A stretch of DNA of 61,368 nucleotides, counting the filler, from Sphacelaria rigidula (lineage: Eukaryota): NCBI GenBank assembly GCA_964200075.2. It is 10 parts of 10 records of this genome, joined end to end, with 100 filler letters (N's around TTAATTAATTAA, not from the genome) between each part and the next. Parts side by side here need not be neighbours in the genome. Positions count along the whole stretch, not along the records: positions 49,177 to 55,222 come from CAXNAA020022596.1; positions 55,323 to 61,368 come from CAXNAA020022597.1; 8 more parts are not named here. One strand, written 5' to 3'. Every line of letters begins with the position of its first letter. Position 1 is the stretch's first letter. Below, piece by piece: positions 50,914 through 61,368 of the stretch. A program made the position numbers and the translations under genes. A model generated the notes under the pieces. It searched no databases and had not been told where the DNA came from. It saw only the letters and a program-made list of their open reading frames with translations.

Positions 50914-53900
50914 GAGGTAGAGCTTGCCGATAGAACAGTACGAGCGACGCACAACAACGAGAAGCTCCACTTGGCGCTGCACGCGAAGGCTAAGCAGGCG
51001 GAACGGATGATGATTGTCAACCAGGCTCTCGCTTTCGAAAACAACAATCTCAGGAACGACGTTGACCTTGCGAAGGCGGCCGAGGTGCACAACACATACA
51101 TGCGGACATGCATGTATGCAGGGCAAAAAACAAACAAACGCTTGTGTGCACACGGCGAACTCTTGTATTGGTATTTCCAACACACGCACGGTAACACCGG
51201 TGACTCTGCCACTGAGGCTGAAAAAAGTCCGGGATTGCTTTACTACTGAAACTGCTATGATTTTAGTGTGCAGGATGTTGATGATTAGTGTTTGGTCTTC
51301 TGATTCCGATCCCGACCCAAATGCCGTAACCTTCTTCGAGGAAGCTGCTCGTCGCACTCAGCGCAGTTTTTTGTTGTGGCATGCACGGGCTCACTAAAAC
51401 CATGATCGCCGTATATATATTTGAGGTGCGCACCACTTTTTTTCATATGGGGCATGATGAGTATCGGACGTTCATGATGGTTGCTTTTGAAGAAAACTGT
51501 GGCTTTCAATCGTTTCAACAGTGTAACAAGTAAGCACTCCCTCTCCCCCTCCCATCGTCATCACCCACTCTATTCAAGGTATTCATTAATGACCTGGTAT
51601 TAGCGATAGAAGCAGCAAACCAAGGAGTCAAGGTGGGTGAAGATGTGATATCAGCCTTGAAGTCCGCAGATGATTTTGTGGGGATTTCAGGGACACCAAA
51701 AGGATTGCAAAAACAAATAGAAAAGGCTCTAGAATAGACTAGGAAATGGAGAGTGACAGCGAACGTCAACAAATGCGCGGTGCTCGTCTGTAACGAAGAT
51801 AAGAGAAGTCCAGTAGAGTTCAAATGCAAGTCGGGAGAAGAAGAACTGCCGATCGTAGACCAGTAAACATACCTTGGTGTAGAGATCTCGATAAACTGTT
51901 CTTGAGATGCACACATAAATGGAGTAATAAAAAATGATAAGGCGCAGATAGGAATGATGGACGTGGTCTCCAGAAACTCGCATGTAAACACTACGATTAA
52001 GAAATTTATCCTGATGATCGTGATCGTACCAATGCTGAAATATGCAGGAGAAGTATGGGAGGGGAACGTGAAGTTGGTGAAGAAGTTGGAAACAGTACAG
52101 ATGGCAGCAGCCAAAAAGACACTTGGATGCTCGAAAACGACGAGTAATACAGCATTGGGAGCAGAGTTGGGAATGTACTCTCTCAAACCAAACAGAGACA
52201 TGGGGTAATTGAAGTGGCAATATAGCGTAAAAAAACTTGCAGATAGAAAGATTGCCAGCTATAGTTGATAGGGCTGTATGGAAGAAAAGCACGAAAGGAC
52301 ACCCTGGAATAAGGCGGGATAAAGAAGCCGAGAAAGTATGGAAGGGGATAGGAGGAGACCAAGACGAAATACTGTCCATAGGTGAAGGCGCGGGGTACAA
52401 GACAAAATAAGAGACATGCCAGACATAAGGGGAAACGGAGCGCTCAGACGCAAAGTAGACGAGGAAGAGCACCTGAAGATTAACGGGGGGTTGAGAGAGG
52501 GGGTAGGGATGAAAGCGTATTTGCATGGCCCAATGGACGCCGCGAAAAATCTGAAACTGCGATTTCGGGTAGGAGACCTGGACCTGCCAGAAAGAAGAAA
52601 GAGATATACCAGTAGACGTGTGGAGGAGGAAGTAGATAGACAGAACTGTCCCTGTGGCGAAGCAATAGAGAGCAGAAGTCATAAAGTCGCAGAATGTGCA
52701 CTGTACAAGGAGGAACGGGACGTGCTAGAGGGGGAAACGCGGGGCGTGAACGAAGGTGGCATGAAAATAATACATTAGACAGTAGCGAGAGAACGACGGC
52801 AATATTAGGAGATAGATGATGGTCACAGACGGCGAAACAGGACGAGGATGAAATATTTCAAGGTCCTTGCGCAATGTACGGAAGAAACGCAATGAGCACC
52901 TAAATGCTGGAGGTGTCTCTATAAGGAGTAGGAAGGGTGCTCCGTCTCGAAAAGGATGCGTGGTCAATGGTCAAACGACTGAGGCAAGCAACAAATGAGT
53001 ACGCCCCCCACTCCCATCGTTGCTCCGTCTCGAGAGGGATTCGTGGTCAATGGTCAAATGACTAAGGCAAGCAACAAATGAGTACTCTGCGCCCCCCCCC
53101 CCTCCCCAGGGAGCGTGGTCCCGGCGAAAAGTCGGCGTGCTCCGTCTCGGCTTTGTAAGGATGCGAGGTCAATGATCATGATTATGGCATGCAAGATCAT
53201 GAGTACACCCCCCCCTCCCTGGTCCGGCTAAATTACGTCGTGCTCCGTCCCGACTCTGCGAGGGCAGTGATCTTATGACTGCCGTGCAGCATGCAAGATC
53301 ATGAGTATACCCCCCCCGCTCCTCCTGTCCTCGAAATTTTCAAACTCTGAATCACTCAGGTGGTCCTCGGTAAACGCGTGCGACTGTACTACGAACTCGT
53401 CGTAGGCCTCAAGGCACAGCTGGAGCGAGGAGTCACGGCAGACAAGAACGAAGAACAAGAGCTCGCAGATCTCGAAGAATCCCTGGCGAGCGGGGGTGGC
53501 GGCGGTGGTGCTTTTGACGCAATGTCATTGACCTCTGAGGAGACGTCCGGTGCGCAGGTCGCCTGGGCGGGGGGTGCCTGCGACGGGTTGGTGTACGAGT
53601 CTGTGGATGAGCTGCGCGTCGCGGCGGAAAGCCTGCAGGTATTTTATCTTTGAAAAAAAGCACAACGATGTACTGACGTTTGGATGAACCAGGGTTGGCA
53701 AGATCAGAAATGGCTGTTGACTTGCGAGTTATCGCTGTGTATATTAGCCCACTCCGTGTGCCTAAGCACTTCGAGAAACACACGTAACAACAGTGTAGCT
53801 TGACGTTCACGAGACTGCTGCTGCGGTCAGCTTGCGCTGTAGCGGGCACATAGCGCGGCTTTCATACCGTCCCTATATTGGTATAGATTTCCCGTCGGTT

Positions 53901-55109
53901 GCCTAGAGATCTGAAATGGCTTGAAACCTAAGCATATCGCAGTAACACGTGTAAATTTTGCTACTTATGTGCAGCAATGCCATGTACTCTACTAAACACT
54001 GTCGAAGGTGTACACCCCGTGTTGAAGGCCCAAAGTCCCTGGGGTACGCCATACCTGCGCTCTGTAGATTGCGCTCCCCTCCCCTCTCCTGTCGCCCTCG
54101 CTCCGAGCTCTGATGGTCTGTTTCATGTAGATTCGTGTGGTTGCATGACCGTCCGGATATTGTTTACTTTGCTCGGTTAGTACCCGGGGGTCCTATATCG
54201 CTGCCCGAGTAATATGTCGAAAATGATTACGCGCTACTTCAGAAAATTGTACGAATACCTTTTCTCTGCCTGCACACTCATCCACGCCTGCGTACCCTTT
54301 GCCTATCCATCCATCCCTCCGTCGATACCTGGCAGTCTCAGTGCTCCAAGTACGTACCACGACATTACCATTCAGTTAGCGCCTGATGGGCATTGTGAGG
54401 CACTCGTTAGCCCGAAAGTTTTCAGGTTTTCAAGCAGGGAGGACAAGTAACATTCAGTTGTTGTATGGTTTGTTTCTACAGCTAAAACAGAGTGACAATT
54501 GACTGCAAGGAATTGTCTGTTGAGGCTTTCGGACGAGGCTGCAGCTCGCCTCACACGAATTTCACCCTTGATACCTGTGTTACTTTGTGATATGGGAAGA
54601 GATTCAATCAAGCACCCAACCTCCCGACTGAAAATGTTCTCATTAGTGTCGTGGGTCACCGTACCGGTACATGAACGTATGATACACACGCGGCGAATCT
54701 CATCAAATGTCTTCCGTTTTTTCCGGTGTTATATTCACCTGCCTTCTACTGTTGCTGGATGATGGCATGCTATGTGTGACCGTTCTCCTGGTGCACCTTT
54801 CATATTACTGCAAAAACATGAAGCCCCTGTAGTTGGCTGCTCTGCTTCCGTCTCTCCTGCGAAAAAAGCACTTGCACCTACAGCTGAAACGAGAAGCTGA
54901 GGAGAAAACGGCCATGGCCGAGAAAGCGGCAGCCGCGGCGACCAAAATGTTCAAGTCCGGTCAGGAACACACAGATTCGGATCGCCTTCTCCTCTGTCTT
55001 CTCCAAACGGCCGAAACTTGGATTCAGGCCGCGGGGTGGATGCCCAACGGGGCGGAGGCGGTCGGCATCCAATCAGCACCAATGCCGTCGGTAGCTGAAA
55101 GAGCAGCAG
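50914..55109 (+). CDS. Coiled-coil protein, CFAP157-like, internal exons 50914-51084, 53360-53638, 54884-55109
   Basis: Phase-0 GT-AG joins give EVELADRTVRATHNNEKLHLAL..NQALAFENNNLRNDVDLAKAAE|VVLGKRVRLYYELVVGLKAQL. This recalls the CFAP157 pattern L..TT.R....N......L.......L...N..L..EN..L...L.L....E..LA.R...Y..L. The family call is from memory, not from a search. Confidence 0.65.
51559..53010 (+). mobile_element. 5'-truncated non-LTR retrotransposon (LINE) with degenerate RT and C-terminal CCHC knuckle
   Basis: SPTLFKVFINDL..SADDFVG..KC..YLGV RT motifs with stops. CPCGEAIESRSHKVAEC knuckle. Ends in module A plus gcccccc. 10-bp TSD ctcccatcgt at 51549-51558 and 53011-53020. Confidence 0.9.
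53020..53317 (+). mobile_element. Three further head-to-tail 3' modules (A at 53020, B at 53137, variant B at 53240), each with an oligo(C) tail
   Basis: Each begins (g/t)tgctccgtc and ends atgagta(c/t) followed by a C-run. Confidence 0.85.
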
Positions 55110-55198
55110 GTGCATGTTTACGGTGTACAATAACATGTATTTGGTAGCCGAACGTTGTGCCATTCTATTGATATTCAGGTGTTGCACCGACGTGGAGA

Positions 55199-55222
55199 GG
55201 GGGGGGGGGTGTACTCATGATC
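55199..55222 (-). mobile_element. End of a family-B module (cut by contig end)
   Basis: Reverse complement is gatcatgagtacac followed by a C-run. Confidence 0.7.
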
Positions 55223-55322
55223 NNNNNNNNNNNNNNNNNNNNNNNNNNNNNNNNNNNNNNNNNNNNTTAATTAATTAANNNNNNNNNNNNNNNNNNNNNN
55301 NNNNNNNNNNNNNNNNNNNNNN
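55223..55322. other. Artificial contig spacer
   Basis: N44-TTAATTAATTAA-N44. Confidence 0.98.
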
Positions 55323-58300
55323 TCGCCAACAACGTGATCGAGGACTGCGGTATCTATGACTTCCGATTCCAGTTCGATGGAAAAATTGGCGAAGCCATTT
55401 ACATTGGAACTTCCAGTAACCAGTGGACGGACGGCCCGGACGGAAGTAATTACAACCTGGTCATTAACAACAAGCTCACACCTCGCGGAAACGAGTGCGT
55501 GGATATCAAGGAAGGCGCCACCATGAACGTCGTCGAGAACAACGTGTGCGCAGAGCAGCTGGATGAAGAGTCCGGCTGCTACGACTCAAGGGGAAACGGA
55601 AACACCTTCAGGTACGCTTTGGTTGAAGCAAGGTTTGAGTGAGATTTGATTTCTTTGCAGGAAACTTTGTTATGGACTGCTGCTGAAAACTAGCCTTGAC
55701 GAACGCTGTTCTAAAATTAACATTCTAGGAACATGACGCAGCCTGCTTTGGGGCAAAATAGATCACATGCTTTTCATAGAAGGTTTTCATGTCCAGCACG
55801 TTCCAGGTTGGGTACGAACAGGTTGGGAACAGTATACTAAATCTCAGTAAGTAGGCGTGACGGTACCTGCATTGCTATGCGCATACAAGGGCACGAACGT
55901 GTTTCTTGAATTTTCACACGAAATAAGTGCTGTCCTGCCAACTGTTTGCTGATTAACCAAGAATGCATCTTCGAATCCTCCAAGACCTGTCAGTAGGCAC
56001 GGCGTTCATATATCGCTTTGAACACGCTCGTCTTCCAGTATTGCTGGGCTTTTTGCTCCTGGCTTCAATACACCAAGCTCACTTCTACAAACAGGACTCA
56101 CATCATGATATATACTCAAGGCGGAAATATTAGGTCGAAGTCATAGTTAATTCGGCGAGGGCTCCCATGGATATGCGTATAAAGTACATGTAAGTAATGT
56201 TTGGTTCATTTCCGGTCATCTGTTATTCGTTGTACGCTCAGGAACAACTTCGCCTCAGACTGCCTCGGGGCCGGGATCCGCTTGGGAGGGCACGTGATCG
56301 ACGACTTCGTATATGGTGTCGAGAACGATGTGAGCGTGACGATGCCATGATGTTCCATGCCATACTGTGGTACACTCCCTGTGTTTTCGCGCGAAGTACA
56401 CGTGCTATCTGCCTTCTCTGTCCCTTGTGCATTTTGTTCATGCCCGTCTGTCAATTGATGTATTCATTACGAGGGGGTCACGAGTCTATATAGAGCACAT
56501 CTTGGACAATATATGGTCAGTAGTTGCAGTGGACAATAAACGTACTGCATAGAGTACAGGCATATTGCGACTAGTTGCAATAGGCCTATACGCTATGCAG
56601 TACAGTTCTAGTCTATTGCATGTATTGACCATATTTTGCCCAAGGTGTGATAAATAGTAAATGAATGTTGTCCCGATAAAGGTATAATGCGTGAGAGGAC
56701 CGCGTGCTTAGAGGACCGCGCCGTTGTTCAAAATACCTCAGGATCGACGATTTTCAAAACCAATCGAGCCAGTCAGTCCCTGCAGGTATAACGCCCCTGA
56801 CCGTAACCCCAAGGATTTTCAAGGGATGTACACTACAGTGCTTACCTGAACAGTGCTGTCTCGTGCCATTTTTCACGCCCAATCAGGTGTACGGGAACCA
56901 CTTTGAAAATACTGGCGTAGGATCCATCAAGGCTATGCAGGTGCCCCAAGGATTCGTGTGCGGAAACACATGCGACGGTGATTGCGACGTTACCGAGACA
57001 GGGTGAGTTGCACCCGCTGATCGCTCTGCGGGTGTTGTCTTGCCTCAACCACCAGTCAATTGCCTCTATTTTTGGTCAGGTGCAACTATGTTTTCTGAAA
57101 CATTTTCCATGTTTGAGGCACACTGTTGCTCTTGACAGGCATATTAATCATCTGAACCGTCGAGACCGCATCCGTGCCAAATGTGTCTCCCCCCCCTTCC
57201 CCGTGTACTCACCATCGGCGCTTTGGTCACATCTTAGAGATGACGAAGATATTGCGATGTCGTGGGATGGGGAGTGCCCCGAGACCCTCCCCTCTGTCCC
57301 CTTCATCGACGACATGGATAGGTCTGTTTCTACGACCATGCCCCCGAGGTCCTCGGGTTCTGATGATTCTGCGACCACGCCCCCGAGGTCCTCCGGTTCC
57401 GATGATTCTGCGACCATGCCCCCGAGATCCTCGGGTTCCAATGGTTTTGCAACCATGCCCCCGAGGTCCTCGGGTTCCAATGGTTTTGCGACTATGCCCC
57501 CGAGGTCCTCGGGTTCCAATGGTTTTGCGACCATGCCCCCGAGGTCCTCGGGTTCCAATGGTTTTGCGACCATGCCCCCGAGGTCCTCGGGTTCCAATGG
57601 TTTTGCGACCATGCCCCCGAGGTCTTCGGGTTCTGATGACACGGACCGCAACCCAGACTCTGATGACGATGAGTCGGGACCTGCAACTCTTGCCACGTCG
57701 AACTCGCAAATCACCCCTGGGGCGGCGTACGTCGGGTGCTTCATCGACGAGCCAAAGTCGTCGCGCATCATGCGCTTAGCCCTGGAGGACGATGGCATGA
57801 CTACACAGGTGAGCGGGCGCATGATACACAAGGATGCATGTGCCTATTATGAGTGTCAACATATTCGTTTCAGGTTTAACGCGCTCGCAACGCGCATGAC
57901 TTGGATTTCCGCTGCGAATGTATGGCATGTCTGCGCGTAGATGGGAGATTGATCGCCATTTGTACATTGGGTCAGTGACTGAATTAAAGGAAAACCGACT
58001 TGCGCTAATATCGTGCTCGATGTTGTTGGCTCGAACGTTCCGGGACATATATACGTTGGGTCACGGCACACCCCAAATAACTTTTGTGCTGCTGGCAAAG
58101 CAGCGCCATCTGGTCTGGAGCAATGTACAGTAGGAGTGCACTTTTTGCGCAAACCCTTGTCCGGTTCAGGGGCTCGTAAGGGTTCTAGATGCACAAGAAT
58201 TTGGGTCAGGGCATCCCCGTTTGAAAATCCATTCGGTATATCCCCAGTACATTAGGATAGTGATCCTGGCGTACTCTCACATATTTCGACAGTGTTTTTT

Positions 58301-58856
58301 TGGATGAGGTAAAGGGCTCCTCACAATTTTAACCCCAGAAAGTATTTGTGCACCTCTACCGTAGTATCAAGTTCTGGGTCGGGGACACACACCTATGCTG
58401 CTTATACCATCTCATACTATGCTGTTGTTTTCGCTGCGTCCACAAATCAATGCAAAATATGACACAGATGTGTGAGGACAAGTGTACAGGCAGCGAAGTC
58501 TTCGGGACACAGTACGGTCGCGAGGTGAGAATAATATGGCTTGCTGTGACGACGATACGTTGGACGTTGTCATGAAACAGGACAGCTTTATTTTGAAACG
58601 AATCGCTGTCAGGATAGAGAGAAGGATCAGGGGGCTTCCCAGGTACCATCGCCACACTTCTCCGCGCCCACTAACCGACATGTCACGTCCGTCTGATCGA
58701 TTCTCGCACGCGGAACTCGAGCAGTGCTGGTGCGGGGACAACGGCACGAACCACCTCAAGTACGGGGAATCCGACGAGTGCGACCGCGAATGCGCCGGGG
58801 ATGCTAGCCAGATATGCGGAGGGAAGTGGGTCATGAGTGTCTACCAATACGAGTAG
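55323..58856 (+). CDS. Right-handed beta-helix (pectin-lyase fold) + Pro/Ser linker + WSC domain protein, 3' part: exons <55323-55611, 56242-56329, 56887-57002, 57238-57808, 58468-58524, 58725-58856
   Basis: GEAIYIGTSSNQW..PDGSNYN..NECVDIKEGATMNVVENN beta-helix motifs. WSC consensus YVGCFID..MTTQ|MCEDKC..FGTQYGRE|CWCG..C..ECAGD.SQICGG. All five introns are GT-AG with matching phases. Confidence 0.9.
56683..56815 (+). mobile_element. Truncated copy of the telomere-repeat MITE (intronic)
   Basis: taatgcgtgagaggaccgcgtgcttagaggaccgcgccg.. matches 60649 and 61085; right TIR absent. Confidence 0.8.
57332..57640 (+). repeat. Coding 39-nt tandem repeat x8 (ATMPPRSSGSNGF/DDS)
   Basis: Unit gcgaccatgcccccgaggtcctcgggttccaatggtttt, period 39. 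Confidence 0.95.
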
Positions 58857-59627
58857 GCGTGCGAACTCTTCCGCGTTTGGGTTTTGTCATTCTTCCTTCT
58901 GGCCTTGGTATCCGTACGTTCAGAGGAAACATTTTTGAGGGTAGTGACGTGCTTGCCAATGAAGCAAATGCGTTGTCTTCGTTTTCGAAACCATACACCC
59001 AAGCACCGGCGAAGTGGAAATGAGACGAAGGCACCGAGTGACCGTTTGATGTTCTTGTTTACGACGTGGAGTGACTGAACATGGTATGTGAAGACTTCCT
59101 TCACATCGTTGTATTTTTTGTGGGGGTTTCAGTTGATTGGTTGCTTGCAAAGGTGTGTGAAATGTACACATCATGTCAAAGCTAGCTGGCTTTAGACTGT
59201 CGATTGAGTCCAGTGTTTCACGCAACACTTGTTGCGAAACATGTGATATGTTTTCGTTGCGGACCGCTTCAGACTAAAGATATTTTGCTGGGTCAGTGTT
59301 ATGGTAGATAGTTATGATAAACCGTTCCTTGGTGGCCGTTCTCGCTACCATCATTGCACACGGTCTTACCGGCGTATTTTGAAATTCAGACGGTGGTGAA
59401 CCAGATGTGCAGAAGACGTGCCAATAGTGTCTTATTTTATGTTAGGCGGACAGCAATTTGTCTCTGATGTAGTTGTTGTCGTCGGGGTTTGCCTGCTGGG
59501 TGAAGACGTTTGTTTTGTTGCGTAAATTTGAACCCCATATGTTTGAGTGTCAACAAACAATGTGTTGGGTGTGCTTTAGCGCTGGAAGCAGTGAGAGAAG
59601 ATATACTGTAAGACAGTGAGGGGAAAA

Positions 59628-59974
59628 GAAAGGTGTGGGGGTATTGCATGCACCCCCTGTATGTTTTGCGCGATGCGTGACCTGCTCAGATATGAGGGCG
59701 ACTCGAGTGTGCTCTTTTTTTTGTCCTGAAAGTATTTCAAATGTTCCAAGAAGGGTATCCCGACTGTCCGATATTCAAGAGGTGTGAGCTAAGACGTCTC
59801 CGAAAGGTGTGGGGGTATTGCATGCACCCCCTGTATGTTTTGCGCGATGCGTGACCTGCTCAGATATGAGGGCGACTCGAGTGTGCTCTTCTTTTTGTCC
59901 TGAAAGTAATTCAAATGTTCCAAGAAGGGTATCCCGACTGTCCGATATTCAAGAGGTGTGAACTAAGACGTCTC
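59628..59974. repeat. 174-bp near-perfect tandem duplication
   Basis: gaaaggtgtggggg..taagacgtctc starts at 59628 and at 59802, with few substitutions. Confidence 0.9.
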
Positions 59975-60299
59975 TGTGTGGAGGGTGTGCGTATTGTGCT
60001 GGTGCAACGGGATGCATGTAGCCATAACGGTTCACGAGCCATTGATCTTGGGTGCTTATTGAATAATGTTACTTTGATGTCAAAACGTAGTTATGGTGAT
60101 GCAGGTTTGTGAATAGAGGCGGGTACAGTGAATGTAGATGATAGAGTAGCTTCCGAAACGGCACTGCACTGCGATTGAAAATGCAGTGGAAACAGCTAGT
60201 GTTAGTGGTGTGTGTTGATAGATAATGATGACAGTGCTTGGCTGTTATGTTGTAGCCCCAAGCAGAGCCCGGAGCTTACAACCAGACTGCTGGGGGTAT

Positions 60300-60443
60300 T
60301 GTAACGCGTCGGAAGACCGCGCGCTTTTTGGATCGCATCGGAATTTAAACATCCCAGGATATACATTTTTCAAGACTGCTCGGGCAGAAGGGACCGCGTC
60401 CCTGACCCTAACCCTCAGCGGTTACACGACGTCATGCCTTACA
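60300..60443. mobile_element. Diverged relative of the telomere-repeat MITE
   Basis: tgtaacgcg..ggatcgcatcggaatttaaacatccc is the reverse complement of the MITE right arm; ccctgaccctaaccct lies inside; ends ttaca. Confidence 0.5.
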
Positions 60444-60648
60444 ACACCAACCCGAAAATGGTGATAACCCTTTTGGGACTGAAACTCACCAACACCACGT
60501 TCACGACGTGTTAGTAAAATAATAATAAACAAGTCTGGGAGCGACCTGTCCGATCAGGGCGAGGCGAAATTTATCGACCACATCAGAACGACCGGTGGGG
60601 GGGGGGCTGTTGCCGGGAGTGATGCCGCTATAAAGTTGGTGTACCCTG

Positions 60649-60853
60649 TGTAATGCGTGAGAGGACCGCGTGCTTAGAGAACTGCGCCGTAGTTCAAAAC
60701 ACCTCAGCATCGACGGTTTTCGAAACCAATCGGGTCAGTCCCTGGAGGTACCACGCCCCTAACCCTAACCCCAACACTAACCCTAACCCTAACTATAGGG
60801 ATGTTCAAATTCCGATGCGGTCCTCTAAGCACGCGGTCCTCTCACGCATTACA
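60649..60853 (+). mobile_element. 205-bp TGT..ACA MITE carrying CCCTAA repeats
   Basis: ~37-bp TIRs tgtaatgcgtgagaggaccgcgtgcttagag / ctctaagcacgcggtcctctcacgcattaca. 5-bp TSD ccctg at 60644-60648 and 60854-60858. About 6 CCCTAA-like units inside. Confidence 0.9.
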
Positions 60854-61084
60854 CCCTGTCCCTGGCCCACAGGAAAGTCTTCGAAGCAAGAGAAAGCCTA
60901 CATTCTCGGGGGTCGGATTCCCGAATTTTTCATCATTTACTTGAATTTTATGCAGGCCCGACCTCCCATGCCCCGAATTTGTTTTGGGTCACCATCCTAT
61001 AGTAAATCCTAGTTGATAGCACTAACATGTCATGCCCGGGAAAAATGCGGGAATAAATTTACCCCACTATATATGTGGTCATGT

Positions 61085-61295
61085 TGTAATGTGTGAGAGG
61101 ACCGCGTGCTTAGAGGACCGCGCCGTAGTTCAAAACACCTCAGGATCGATGTTTTTCGAAACCAACCGAGTCAGTCCCTGCAGTTACCACGCCCCTGACC
61201 ACAACCCTAACACTAACCCTGACCCTAACCCTAACCGTAGGGATGTTCAAATTCCGATGCGGTCCTCTGAGCACGCGATCCTCTCACGCATTACA
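61085..61295 (+). mobile_element. Second full copy of the CCCTAA-bearing MITE
   Basis: Same TIRs and body with a variant CCCTAA tract; TSD not clean (atgt/atat). Confidence 0.88.
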
Positions 61296-61368
61296 ATATT
61301 CACAAGGCGACTGAATCTGGCAACGCTGTGGGACGAGAGACGGAGCTAGAGGCATGAGTTCTGCGTAT

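Noticed and set aside
51515..52682. Long minus-strand ORFs (228 and 317 aa), and similarly 22418-23245 and 57148-57831
   Set aside because: These are antisense shadows of the LINE RT, the hAT exon and the coding repeat.
57332..57640. CRISPR-like array (palindromic repeat with regular period)
   Set aside because: There are no unique spacers, the units are contiguous and in-frame within an exon, and no cas genes are present.
60755..60793. True chromosome telomere
   Set aside because: The tract is short, degenerate and enclosed by TIRs within a repeated element.

Overview
Eukaryotic, intron-rich, repeat-rich DNA, most likely from a brown alga (inferred from the WSC/beta-helix gene, the RxLQ secreted protein, CCCTAA repeats and gene style). 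It is not one locus. Ten unrelated contigs of 6048-6046 bp, in descending size order, are joined by 100-nt N44-TTAATTAATTAA-N44 spacers, so neighbourhoods across spacers are meaningless. Host genes (mostly partial): a 1-Cys peroxiredoxin homologue with Ala in place of the peroxidatic Cys, a complete two-exon secreted Cys-rich/acidic-repeat GPI-type protein, a syntaxin-18-like SNARE, an unknown multi-pass membrane protein, a CFAP157-like coiled-coil protein and a beta-helix + repeat + WSC protein. Mobile DNA: degenerate mariner, hAT, Copia, RTE and a zinc-knuckle LINE, two tRNA-headed SINE families and several MITEs, two families of which carry telomere-like repeats. The most unusual signal is a ~70-nt structured LINE 3' module in two sequence families (9 copies). 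It has a three-stem fold, a pseudoknot in family B and an oligo(C) rather than poly(A) tail. It inserts at C-tracts and stacks head-to-tail at 52937-53317.
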